A program made the position numbers and the translations under genes. 64,000 nucleotides of DNA. Origin: an uncultured Candidatus Saccharibacteria bacterium. Its GTDB lineage: Bacteria; Patescibacteriota; Minisyncoccia; Phycocordibacterales; Zambryskibacteraceae. A model generated the notes under the pieces. It made no database searches. It worked only from the letters and a program-made list of their open reading frames with translations, and was not told where the DNA came from. This document shows positions 9,337-17,687 of this stretch, piece after piece. The stretch covers positions 14,871-78,870 of the forward strand of contig CAYUOR010000003.1 of assembly GCA_964446535.1 (NCBI GenBank), read 5' to 3'. How positions within the stretch are numbered: the stretch's first letter is position 1; every line of letters begins with the position of its first letter.

Positions 9337-9755
9337 AATTTTCTTTTTTTAAATTTTAATCGTTCCAAGCCCCAGTAAAAACCTTTAGACGTACCGTCGG
9401 AAAGACCCTTCATCACATTTTTCATAAGTTCTGCGCCCTTCCTGGTAAGGGTCTGTCTTTTGTCCTTCAATTGAACAGCTGTACGCATCACCTCATCCTT
9501 GACCACATCAATTGCCGCATAAAGATCGTCCATTTTCGTAACTGCATAGATATCTAACCCCGGTCCCGTAATGTGTACCTCAGCGCGGAAAATGTCACCG
9601 CCCTTGTGGTGGTCAGAGGTCTTGCCTACCTCAACATTGACAATTGCCTCGTCACTTTTGGCAATGAATTTTTCAACAGGCAGTATTTTTTTCTCTACAT
9701 AGGAAGAGATGGCCGGTGTTAGCTCAATCCCGGTGGCCTTGAGATTTATCTTCAT
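9333..9755 (-). CDS. raiA: Ribosome hibernation factor HPF/RaiA
   Basis: MKINLKATGIELTPAISSYVEKK..DLYAAID. Confidence 0.9.
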   Translation of the reverse strand: MKINLKATGIELTPAISSYVEKKILPVEKFIAKSDEAIVNVEVGKTSDHHKGGDIFRAEVHITGPGLDIYAVTKMDDLYAAIDVVKDEVMRTAVQLKDKRQTLTRKGAELMKNVMKGLSDGTSKGFYWGLERLKFKKRKL

Positions 9756-9773
9756 ACATTAATTATAACAGAG

Positions 9774-10682
9774 CTAGTCGAAAATTTTTACAAGATATTT
9801 GTCTATCTCGCGCTGTTCAAGGTCATAAAAATATTTGCCGAGTTCTTTAAGCTGGGTAGCAAGCTGCACTCCAACAAAGCGCCAGTGCCACGGTTCATAG
9901 ACGTAGTACTTATTACCGGCCGGATAAGAGAGTGTGAAGCCGTATTTATGAGCATTATTCTCGAGCCAGGTGAAAGCTTCGGTATCCTTAAATTTTGAGA
10001 AACTACCGCCGGTTGTGGGAGTGGTGAAGTCAACCGAAGTGCCCAGTTGATGCTCAGAATAACCCTGATCAGCCGAGAATTGGTTGGCAGTGCCGGCGCC
10101 GTAGGTAACGCTGTAGCCGAATTTAAGAGAGGCCTGCTCGGCAAAGGAGCGAAAAGCCGAAACTACAAGAAGATCAATGCCATCTTCCTTGGCTTCAAGG
10201 ATAAGTTTCGTGAGAAAGGGGGCGACCTGAGCGTGGATGAGCTCGTTACTGCCTCCACCTTCAAAAAGGAATTTCTTGTCTATTTCGGCAAGAGCGTCTG
10301 GTACGTAGTGCTCGTTGAGGAAGTAAACCTTGGAATATTTTTGCAATAGCTCTTTGTCGGTCTTAGAAAGCTTATCAAGAACACCCACCGTAGAGGAAAT
10401 AGTGTTTATTTGGTCGTCAAAATTGTCGATAATCCCCTGCTGTTCTGTGGAGCGTTCCTGAAGATGCGAGTAATTTGTTTTAAGAATCTCGTACTCGTGT
10501 TCGAGGAGAATATTTTCTTCTGAAAGGACACGGTAATCTTTCGCAAGCGCACGGTACTGATAGGCCGCATAACCCGCGAGAGGCAGGGTGACGACTATGG
10601 CGACAAGGAGAGCTACTTGAGGATCAGGGCGGAAGTTTTTGAAATCGGGTTTAGACCCTGACTTGGGCTCTGAGATTTTCAT
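9774..10682 (-). CDS. Membrane-anchored M15B (VanY-like) carboxypeptidase
   Basis: SAFRS, SEHQLGTSVD, EPWHWRFVG; N-terminal TM and coiled coil. Confidence 0.9.
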   Translation of the reverse strand: MKISEPKSGSKPDFKNFRPDPQVALLVAIVVTLPLAGYAAYQYRALAKDYRVLSEENILLEHEYEILKTNYSHLQERSTEQQGIIDNFDDQINTISSTVGVLDKLSKTDKELLQKYSKVYFLNEHYVPDALAEIDKKFLFEGGGSNELIHAQVAPFLTKLILEAKEDGIDLLVVSAFRSFAEQASLKFGYSVTYGAGTANQFSADQGYSEHQLGTSVDFTTPTTGGSFSKFKDTEAFTWLENNAHKYGFTLSYPAGNKYYVYEPWHWRFVGVQLATQLKELGKYFYDLEQREIDKYLVKIFD

Positions 10683-11138
10683 TTACGGAATTATAACATC
10701 TCTTAGCCAAAACTCTATTAAGGCACCCATGGTGGCACCCATAACAACAAGAGTCGCAAGATAACTTGAAATTTCAATGTACCAAAGACTCTTTGGCTTT
10801 TTGCGGTCAACAACATCAGTGTGGCCGAATGTAAGTGTTATTGGCCACACCAATAGAGCAATTAAAATTCCGGCCATGACAAAACTTTTCCCGGTGAAAA
10901 GCACGTCCACCATTAAAGCCGGGAAGGTACCTAAAAAAGCAACAATAAATAAAACGGCAAATTCAAAGATATAGGCCGTGCTGGTTGAGACTTCCAAATT
11001 TTTTATCGTGTGCGCCCGCGGGTGCCCCAATATTGTAGTTAGTTTTTTCTTAAAGAAGATTTCAAACCAGATAAACCGAACTGTCACACCGGCAAGGGCT
11101 GTTAGGGCGATAATCCAATAAGGTAGGCCTATGTCCAT
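10683..11138 (-). CDS. DUF1761-like membrane protein
   Basis: Paralog-like similarity to the neighbouring gene; start taken at MDIGLPYW. Confidence 0.7.
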   Translation of the reverse strand: MDIGLPYWIIALTALAGVTVRFIWFEIFFKKKLTTILGHPRAHTIKNLEVSTSTAYIFEFAVLFIVAFLGTFPALMVDVLFTGKSFVMAGILIALLVWPITLTFGHTDVVDRKKPKSLWYIEISSYLATLVVMGATMGALIEFWLRDVIIP

Positions 11139-11140
11139 TT

Positions 11141-11563
11141 TTACTTCCAAGCGCCGAGAATTGCTCCCATGACAACCAGGGTTACAAGATAGTTTGAAGC
11201 GTTGATGTACCAGAGCTTCCAAGACTTTCCTTCCCAGAGAACACTACCGAGGGTAACTGGGGCGACAAAACCCAGCCAAGCCCAAAAGCCAACAGTCATC
11301 CCGAGCATCGGACCGTCAAGGCTTAGGTAGAGGCTCTTGAAAAATAAAACTTTCGCCAAGACACAGGCCATGACGAGCGAGGCCAGAAACTGGATGACAT
11401 AGGCCTTGTTCGGTGTCATAGACATTGACTTCATACTGTCCTGTGTGAAGCCCATGAGCCGAATCCACTCATCTTTGAAAAGAAGGCCATACCAAACAAA
11501 CCCAACTGCAAGACTTGAGGCCCCCGCCGCAAGCACCGCCCAATAATTTACGCCGATTTCCAT
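11141..11563 (-). CDS. DUF1761 family membrane protein
   Basis: VNYWAVL..GFVWYG..W, WLGFVAP, WEGKSWKLWYIN. Confidence 0.85.
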   Translation of the reverse strand: MEIGVNYWAVLAAGASSLAVGFVWYGLLFKDEWIRLMGFTQDSMKSMSMTPNKAYVIQFLASLVMACVLAKVLFFKSLYLSLDGPMLGMTVGFWAWLGFVAPVTLGSVLWEGKSWKLWYINASNYLVTLVVMGAILGAWK

Positions 11564-11592
11564 ATTATTTTTAGGTTACTAGTACCTATCTA

Positions 11593-11751
11593 TTATATCC
11601 CGGCTACAAACCTGCCTAGGTAATACGGCCAGATGAAGATGGCGAGTAGCCCCTTACCAAAACTTAAAGAAAGAAAGCCAATGGTAAAGAGCCAGCCCAT
11701 AATCCAGAGGCCAAGCGACATTGAATGATTTTCTACTTTTATTTTCTGCAT
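11593..11751 (-). CDS. Small membrane protein (52 aa)
   Basis: Manual translation MQKIKVENHSMSLGLWIMGWLFTIGFLSLSFGKGLLAIFIWPYYLGRFVAGI; fills the intergenic gap. Confidence 0.7.
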   Translation of the reverse strand: MQKIKVENHSMSLGLWIMGWLFTIGFLSLSFGKGLLAIFIWPYYLGRFVAGI

Positions 11752-11796
11752 ATAAAAATTTTAGCAAAAATGAAAAGATTCTGCTATTATTTTCGC

Positions 11797-11856
11797 ATTC
11801 CGCGACCAGCCTCGCGTCGGCGAGCTCCGCGAGTCGAGGCGGGTAGCTCAGTTGGT
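11797..11856 (+). repeat. Duplicated tRNA-Asn 5' end, interrupted by a 38-bp hairpin
   Basis: ATTCCGCGA (11797-11805) plus TAGCTCAGTTGGT (11844-11856) reproduce 12091-12112 exactly; the insert spans 11806-11843. Confidence 0.9.
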
Positions 11857-11859
11857 TGT

Positions 11860-12102
11860 ATGGCTCACACTTACATCTTATTGAGTGAAGTTGCGAATAA
11901 AACCTATGTCGGCAGTACTACTGACCTGAAAAGGCGCGTTGCCGAACATAATTCAGGAAAATCTACCTTCACGAAAAGGTATGCACCCTGGAAATTGGTA
12001 TATAGTGAACAGTTCGATAATATAAGTGAAGCTCGTCGGCGAGAGAAGTACTTTAAGTCTTCCGCCGGCAGGGCAAAGATTAAAGACTTTATTCCGCGAT
12101 AG
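11860..12102 (+). CDS. Standalone GIY-YIG nuclease (UPF0213/Slx1-like)
   Basis: HTYIL..TYVGST.DL.RR..EHN.G..FTKRY.PWKLVY.E..EARRREKYFKS; stop codon lies within tRNA-Asn. Confidence 0.92.
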   Translation: MAHTYILLSEVANKTYVGSTTDLKRRVAEHNSGKSTFTKRYAPWKLVYSEQFDNISEARRREKYFKSSAGRAKIKDFIPR

Positions 12103-12168
12103 CTCAGTTGGTAGAGCGCCTCGCTGTTAACGAGGATGTCCCAGGTTCGAGCCCTGGTCGCGGAGCCA
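12093..12168 (+). tRNA. tRNA-Asn(GTT)
   Basis: Full cloverleaf; CCTCG-CT GTT AA-CGAGG; encoded CCA. Confidence 0.97.
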
Positions 12169-12175
12169 GATTTAA

Positions 12176-12472
12176 CTACTTCTTAGGTTTCCACTTCAAA
12201 ATCTTGTCAATAAAAACGTAGAGGATTACTACTACCAAAAGAAAGCTTAGTGCAGCGCTTAAAAATGAGCCGAGTCTAATATTTATAGTTCCAACCGTAA
12301 TAACCAGTTCTTCCCATGTTATAGCATCGCTTGAAATTAGCGGTCTAATTATCGGCAGAAAAATATCGTTTACCAACGACTGAACAAGGTTAAACGCAAC
12401 AATGCCGACAATAAACGCAGCCGAAATAGAGACGATTCTATATTCCTTTAAAAATTCAGTAAATCTATGCAC
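12176..12472 (-). CDS. MscL-like short mechanosensitive channel
   Basis: FTEFLKEY..AFIVG..LVQSLVNDIFLPII..GSFLSAALSF. Confidence 0.8.
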   Translation of the reverse strand: MHRFTEFLKEYRIVSISAAFIVGIVAFNLVQSLVNDIFLPIIRPLISSDAITWEELVITVGTINIRLGSFLSAALSFLLVVVILYVFIDKILKWKPKK

Positions 12473-12585
12473 CCACTTATTGTAACAGATTTAATAGTGA
12501 TTTCTTGATGGTAAGGTTTAGCATTTGACATATTTTATATTTTATTTTATTGTCCTAGTCGGCTTTTGTTCTTTAAAGAGGATTT

Positions 12586-12906
12586 ATGGCATTTCGTGAC
12601 GGTAAGAAAATTCGCGGTACGCATACGACGCTCACCGACCTGGCAGCCAGAGTCACAGACATCGCAAGATGCATGGAAAGTGTCACGGGGATATCCCCTG
12701 GCTGGATTCAGAGTGGCAAGAATGCTTACGGCGGAGGCAGCTACAGAGTAAAGTTCGGCGACTTTAAGGGAGGGTTACTTCTAATCGTCCGACAGTCTCA
12801 CACCGTTCAAGAGCTACGCATCTTCAGCACAAACGTGGCGAAAACTCGTCTTGCCCTGGCTCGCGCTCTGCGCGACAAGGATATACCTATTGCCTTCAAG
12901 CATTAA
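12586..12906 (+). CDS. DUF2103-like protein
   Basis: KKIRGTHTT..ISPGWI..LIVRQSHTVQELRI pattern; boxA-like motif and GAGG SD upstream. Confidence 0.6.
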   Translation: MAFRDGKKIRGTHTTLTDLAARVTDIARCMESVTGISPGWIQSGKNAYGGGSYRVKFGDFKGGLLLIVRQSHTVQELRIFSTNVAKTRLALARALRDKDIPIAFKH

Positions 12907-12941
12907 CGGCGTCGTCGGAATCTCCGACAACGCCGTTTTTT
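12905..12941 (+). terminator. Intrinsic terminator
   Basis: AACGGCGTCGTCGGA-ATC-TCCGACAACGCCGTT followed by a T tract. Confidence 0.8.
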
Positions 12942-13044
12942 ATCCCCAGAATTCTGGGGATTTGCACAGCTTGTCTACAGGATATCCGCCAAAAATCTTA
13001 ACGCCGCAGCTTGACAAGCTGTGGTGAGGTAAGAAAATTAATAC

Positions 13045-13210
13045 TAGGTTTGCTCTCGCCCGGAGATCCTAAAGAAAAAATAAAGGGATCTCGCGTACTA
13101 GAGAGTTATAGTGCTCCAGTCAGAGAATACCCAAATTAATAATTAGCGGAACTCCCGTCCGAGGGCAGGCCGCCGATAGAAACCCCGCCGTCAGGCGGGG
13201 TTTCTAGTTT
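13045..13210 (+). ncRNA. Candidate structured small RNA of unknown family
   Basis: TTGACA at 13011; stems GAGATCC/GGATCTC, CTCTC/GAGAG, GCGG/CCGC; terminator at the 3' end. Confidence 0.4.
13177..13206 (+). terminator. Intrinsic terminator / palindrome
   Basis: TAGAAACCCCGCC-GTCA-GGCGGGGTTTCTA. Confidence 0.8.
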
Positions 13211-13250
13211 TATTTTTATTTCTTGAAAAACCCGGCTATAATTACTTTTT

Positions 13251-13610
13251 GTGACGAATAAATATATTTCTATCGGTATCGGGATAATAATTATTGTTGG
13301 CGTGGCATCTTTGGCCTTTTACAGTAAAAACCTGAAAGTACAGGTCGGATCGGAAAAAGGGCGAGCTCAACCAGAAAACTCTTTGGTCGCCCTAGTTCCA
13401 CAACACAATTCTAGAGAAAGTTGTTGGACTATTATCAACGGAAACATATATGACCTAACAAGCTGGATACCTAAGCATCCCGGTGGTGAAGAAGCCATAC
13501 TGCTACTTTGCGGCAGAGACGGTTCAGAAGAATTCAACCATCAACACGGCGGCGCCTCTTTACAAGAAAAGATCTTAGCCGGATTTAAAATAGAGACCAG
13601 TGATGAGTAA
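13251..13610 (+). CDS. Membrane-anchored cytochrome b5-like heme-binding protein
   Basis: HNSRESCW.II.G.IYDLT.W..KHPGG..CG.D..F..QH. Confidence 0.88.
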   Translation: MTNKYISIGIGIIIIVGVASLAFYSKNLKVQVGSEKGRAQPENSLVALVPQHNSRESCWTIINGNIYDLTSWIPKHPGGEEAILLLCGRDGSEEFNHQHGGASLQEKILAGFKIETSDE

Positions 13611-13615
13611 CTTAT

Positions 13616-13999
13616 ATGAAATTCTATTCTAAACCAGAGTTCGGAATATCTGTATTACGAATCGGACTTGCCATAGTTTATTTATGGTTCGGGTTTGCTC
13701 AAATTTTTGACGGAGCAAGTTGGGTATACTTGGTGCCCGATTGGGCGGTTTCGCTCTTACACATTCCTCCCGCAATGATTGTTCTTGGTAACGGTATTTT
13801 TGAAATCGTTTTTGGGGGCTTGCTGGCGCTCAACATTCAAACAAGAATCTCTGCTCTGCTCCTCGCCCTACACCTTGTGCCCATTGCTAGTCAGTTGGGG
13901 CTAACAGAAACAGGCATCAGAGACTTCGGCCTCATCATGGCTACCTTCGCTTTAGCTACTTTAGGAAATAAAAATACAGAAATTCCGAAAACTGGTTAA
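13616..13999 (+). CDS. DoxX family membrane protein
   Basis: LRIGLAIVYLWFG..G..EI..G..L..RDFGL. Confidence 0.82.
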   Translation: MKFYSKPEFGISVLRIGLAIVYLWFGFAQIFDGASWVYLVPDWAVSLLHIPPAMIVLGNGIFEIVFGGLLALNIQTRISALLLALHLVPIASQLGLTETGIRDFGLIMATFALATLGNKNTEIPKTG

Positions 14000-14032
14000 T
14001 AAAAATTAAAACTTTTCGCCTTTTAAAGAGAA

Positions 14033-14058
14033 AGCCGACCCTCAGTCTGGGGTCGGCT
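14033..14058 (-). terminator. Intrinsic terminator
   Basis: AGCCGACCC..GGGTCGGCT between convergent genes. Confidence 0.7.
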
Positions 14059-14064
14059 AAAGAA

Positions 14065-14772
14065 TCATTCCCTAATACGAAATCGGTAAGAGAAGATTCC
14101 GCGATAAGCGAGAGCCGTTTCTTCAAGTTCTGACAGGGGTGTTTCCCCAAGCTTTGTCTTGAAGAAAAGCGCTTCGTAAGAGAGTCGTTGTTTTGCAAAG
14201 GAAAGGACTTCCGGTCGAGTGATGAACGGCAGACACGGGCGCTCGTTCAGCCAGAACTCCATTACGCCCAAAGGACTTGCAACGAAGCCACGCGCCTCTC
14301 CAGAGTGCCACGGCTCGCTCCAACTGCAAATCTTTTGGAGATCAATGTCCGAGGGCGGAGTATACATCCTCAACCACCGTGCTTTCTCCGCCTCGTCCTT
14401 CGGCTTGTTGTCACTTCGTCCGTTGTGAGTGTGACCAAACCAGACAAGGTCCTCGGACGCGATGGCTGCATTGGCATAACGAATGTCTGCCTCCACCGAA
14501 TCGCGTGTTCGCTTCTCCGTTTCAATGACCCAAGCGTCCCAGCGCGGGAGAAAAAGTACAGAAACCTCATCTTTGCCAGAGCGCGCCAGCGCGACAAGCC
14601 GATCCAGACCCTCTTCATAACTGAGGAAAATGACGGCGCCCGCAGGTGCCTCAAAATCTTCGCCCTGAATAAGGAGCATTGGCCGATCATTCGGAAGGGC
14701 GTTATTGAGAGAATGCTGGAGCGCTCCGAGCTGCGTTGTTTCCGCTAAAGCCAAGAGTACTGTCAGATACAT
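14065..14772 (-). CDS. Hypothetical protein with a JAB/JAMM-like metal motif
   Basis: E..GHTHN..PPSDID; GGAGG SD and a TTGAGA-17-TATAGT promoter. Confidence 0.65.
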   Translation of the reverse strand: MYLTVLLALAETTQLGALQHSLNNALPNDRPMLLIQGEDFEAPAGAVIFLSYEEGLDRLVALARSGKDEVSVLFLPRWDAWVIETEKRTRDSVEADIRYANAAIASEDLVWFGHTHNGRSDNKPKDEAEKARWLRMYTPPSDIDLQKICSWSEPWHSGEARGFVASPLGVMEFWLNERPCLPFITRPEVLSFAKQRLSYEALFFKTKLGETPLSELEETALAYRGIFSYRFRIRE

Positions 14773-14838
14773 TCCAACCTCCGAAAATGGCTAGTCTGGA
14801 AAACACTATAGCTCGTAGATAAAATATCTCAAGCTTGT

Positions 14839-15963
14839 CTATCTCCACTCTTTGAGAGTACGCCACTTGAGGGCGGCGATGGCTCCGATACTTGCGAGAA
14901 CGAATAGGGCGTTTGTGATGCTACCGACCACAGGGATGGCGGGCAAAACACTATAAATTGCTACGCCGACAACAATTATTTTCCAAGATATCGAGTAACC
15001 GCCTTTACGAATCAACTTGTGCGCTATAGAGCCCATAAGAATCGGTGCGAAACCACAGCCAACAACGAGTAGCGCTACAAATGACAGAAACCCTAGAAGA
15101 CCGAGCGGTATACCGACGAGTGTGGCAAGACAAATAACAGAGATGATCGGCAGGGCGACGAAAACAACGAGCCCTCTGCCAAGCTCTTGCCAAGGGGCGT
15201 TGGTCACGGCATTAACTGTTGCAATAGAGAAGCGTCTAAACAAAAGTCCTAGAATCAGAGCGAGAAGGAGCAGGGCAAGTGTTTTAGATATAAGCCAGAT
15301 GAGAAGAAGGGTGCCTAAAACTTTTGTCTTGCCGGAACTTTCGGCTCGAGGTTCATATTTAATTTCTCCTTTAACAAGCGCGCCCTCCTCTAAGATTACC
15401 TCTCTAGGTGAGCTGTATGTGAGAGAGCTGCTAAGCACGGCGTTCGGGCCTAGAGTGAGTTTCTCGGAATGCACTTCAACTGAACCGACTATGGGGCCAT
15501 TTATGTAGACATCCTCACCAGCCACACGCACACTACCAACCACGGAGGACTCTATCCGTACCGATTGTCCACCCGCGATGACATCGCCCTGTACACGACC
15601 AATAATAGAAACTTCACCGCCGCCCGCTAGAACATCGTCTCCCACCGCACCCTGAACAATTACGGTGCCACCGACAACGCGCACATCGTCTGCGACGTTA
15701 CTTGTAATAGAGACGGAGTTCCCCGCAGCAAAGATATCGCCACCCACCGGAGCGTTTACAACTACGCTTCTACCGGCGCCGAATACATCCCCCGTGACCG
15801 AACCAGCGATAAGAATACTCTCGCCGGAAATGTAGAGGTCGTCGCGGATTACATCTTGAGACTCAATACCGAGATTCTCGCCGGTTTTAAAAGTCGCGGA
15901 ATAAGTAGCGAGAGGTAGGATAAGCGCCGCTAAGACGGTGAGCACAGAAATTTTAACCTTCAT
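14839..15963 (-). CDS. Beta-helix repeat (bactofilin-like) membrane protein
   Basis: Signal peptide, repeated V.GDV..AG..V.I units, C-terminal TM helices. Confidence 0.8.
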   Translation of the reverse strand: MKVKISVLTVLAALILPLATYSATFKTGENLGIESQDVIRDDLYISGESILIAGSVTGDVFGAGRSVVVNAPVGGDIFAAGNSVSITSNVADDVRVVGGTVIVQGAVGDDVLAGGGEVSIIGRVQGDVIAGGQSVRIESSVVGSVRVAGEDVYINGPIVGSVEVHSEKLTLGPNAVLSSSLTYSSPREVILEEGALVKGEIKYEPRAESSGKTKVLGTLLLIWLISKTLALLLLALILGLLFRRFSIATVNAVTNAPWQELGRGLVVFVALPIISVICLATLVGIPLGLLGFLSFVALLVVGCGFAPILMGSIAHKLIRKGGYSISWKIIVVGVAIYSVLPAIPVVGSITNALFVLASIGAIAALKWRTLKEWR

Positions 15964-16022
15964 ATTTTATAAGATTTAATAATAGGAATCTGCCGCCAGT
16001 ATAACAAATATCAAAAATCTTT

Positions 16023-16460
16023 CTAATTAAGGCCTAGTTTTTTGATGAGAGACTTAAGCACTTCTTCCAAAGTTTGTTTTTCAAAATAGTCTCTCTCGTA
16101 GTACAGATAGCCGGTTATGGCTATGGGAATAAGCGCCAACATAAAATTTTCGGTGAAATTTATAAATAGACCAACTACGCTGATACTGCCGTAGAGCCAG
16201 AGCGCCCAGATTTTTTTCTTGATAATACCGTAGCCGATAAGAAGCATAAGAAATCCGATAATAACCCTCAATAGATAGCGTAGAAATGATATGTCAGCAG
16301 AACCAACCACGTCAGCTAAAAGAGAAGCTACAATACTCAAACCTCCAACCGTTGTTAGGAAGGCAATTATTTTCATCGGCAAGGGCATTGAGCCGAAAGG
16401 TAGTGTGATATTCAGAGTTTTACTGACTTCCTCAACCTCTTTTTCGCCGTTTGTTGACAT
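16023..16460 (-). CDS. Hypothetical membrane protein
   Basis: 145 aa with several hydrophobic helices. Confidence 0.75.
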   Translation of the reverse strand: MSTNGEKEVEEVSKTLNITLPFGSMPLPMKIIAFLTTVGGLSIVASLLADVVGSADISFLRYLLRVIIGFLMLLIGYGIIKKKIWALWLYGSISVVGLFINFTENFMLALIPIAITGYLYYERDYFEKQTLEEVLKSLIKKLGLN

Positions 16461-16583
16461 GTCCCTAATTCTACCTGAATTTCGGCAAATATGATAAGAA
16501 ATCAGGCTTTTTTAGTTGACAAACTATTTAATTATGCTATAATAGTGTAAGACTAAACGTGCGCGGCGGTTCCGCGTTGTCTT

Positions 16584-17027
16584 ATGGGGGAGATTCCCAT
16601 GCATATGATGCTTGACAGTTTTCTTGAAGCGAAACTCATCACGCCCGAGCGTGGCAAGGAAATTGAAGGTTCGGAAGAGCTTCGCAAGAAGCTTATCGAT
16701 CGCTTCGCCGACATGCAGAAGACGAGCTACCGAGGCTCTCGCCAGACGCTCATTGAGTTTCTCTCAATGACCGGCAAGTCGGTTTACGATTTCCGCAAAA
16801 TCGCCCTCGGCCTCTTGCTCGCTTCAACCAAGGCCATCAATGACATCGTTGACGCTTCCTACATCTTCAAGAATGAGAAGGGCGGCGCTCGACTTGTCAG
16901 GCAGATTGACGAGATCAGGAAAAACCTCAAGCGCTACGATGACTTCAGCCAGCGCGAGTGGTACCTCAGAGACATGCTCGGCTTTCCCAAAAGAAAGCCG
17001 AAGCAGGCTGTACGAGCGGTAAAGTAG
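16584..17027 (+). CDS. Hypothetical protein (orphan cassette; true start may be 16599)
   Basis: TTGACA-16-TATAAT promoter, GGGGAG SD, terminator downstream. Confidence 0.75.
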   Translation: MGEIPMHMMLDSFLEAKLITPERGKEIEGSEELRKKLIDRFADMQKTSYRGSRQTLIEFLSMTGKSVYDFRKIALGLLLASTKAINDIVDASYIFKNEKGGARLVRQIDEIRKNLKRYDDFSQREWYLRDMLGFPKRKPKQAVRAVK

Positions 17028-17051
17028 GAATCCCCTGCCCATCCCGCCCAC

Positions 17052-17079
17052 AAGTCCCCGAAACATTTCGGGGACTTTT
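17052..17079 (+). terminator. Intrinsic terminator
   Basis: AAGTCCCCGAAA-CA-TTTCGGGGACTT followed by T. Confidence 0.8.
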
Positions 17080-17082
17080 ATA

Positions 17083-17634
17083 TTAAAAACTATTGCCAAG
17101 AACGGCAGTAATCAGAACTATGGTAATAGATCCCGCAAGCAGTGCTAATAGTATCCGCCTATATTGAACTCCCGCGAGAGCAAGGGCAATCATTAAAATA
17201 TCGTTTGGAAGAGGAGAAAACCCAACGTAGGCAAAAACGAAAATACCGAGAAGCCAGTCAGGTATCTTTTCTATAAAACCCAAAACTTTTTGCCGAAGCG
17301 AGCTTTCTTGCTCCACAAGCACCTTGGCGCCGTGATGCGCTAGGAAGAAAAAAACGCTGTCGCTTAAAAAGATTCCCAGGCCGCCAACTAGACCCAGAAG
17401 TATTGTATCCGCTCCCCCGTTCGCGAAGGTAGCCACCGCGGCAAAGAAAGATGTCCCCGTAATGGTCGAGAGGCCGCCAATAGCAGCAAGAAGAAAGGCG
17501 ACAAGATAGGTGTTGTGTACTCCAATTTTCTCAACGATTGCTTCGGGTGGAATAAAGATGAGGGCAACCGCCCAAATGGCAATAAACAAAACTGCGCCTG
17601 CGAGAAGATGGTGCTTCTTTACTTTGGCGAACAT
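17083..17634 (-). CDS. Membrane protein, possibly DedA/VTT-like
   Basis: Multi-TM; G.FLSD..FF, SPLPND motif. Confidence 0.7.
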   Translation of the reverse strand: MFAKVKKHHLLAGAVLFIAIWAVALIFIPPEAIVEKIGVHNTYLVAFLLAAIGGLSTITGTSFFAAVATFANGGADTILLGLVGGLGIFLSDSVFFFLAHHGAKVLVEQESSLRQKVLGFIEKIPDWLLGIFVFAYVGFSPLPNDILMIALALAGVQYRRILLALLAGSITIVLITAVLGNSF

Positions 17635-17687
17635 GGTTTCATTTTCTCACAGAGAGATAAATTGTCTAAATTGGATATAATGAAGCT

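Noticed and set aside
11725-11859. N-terminal extension of the GIY-YIG ORF in the track
   Set aside because: It translates the promoter, tRNA fragment and hairpin; the domain starts at ATG 11860.
14188-14748. 186-aa plus-strand ORF
   Set aside because: Antisense to the ORF that has the SD, promoter, terminator and a recognisable motif.
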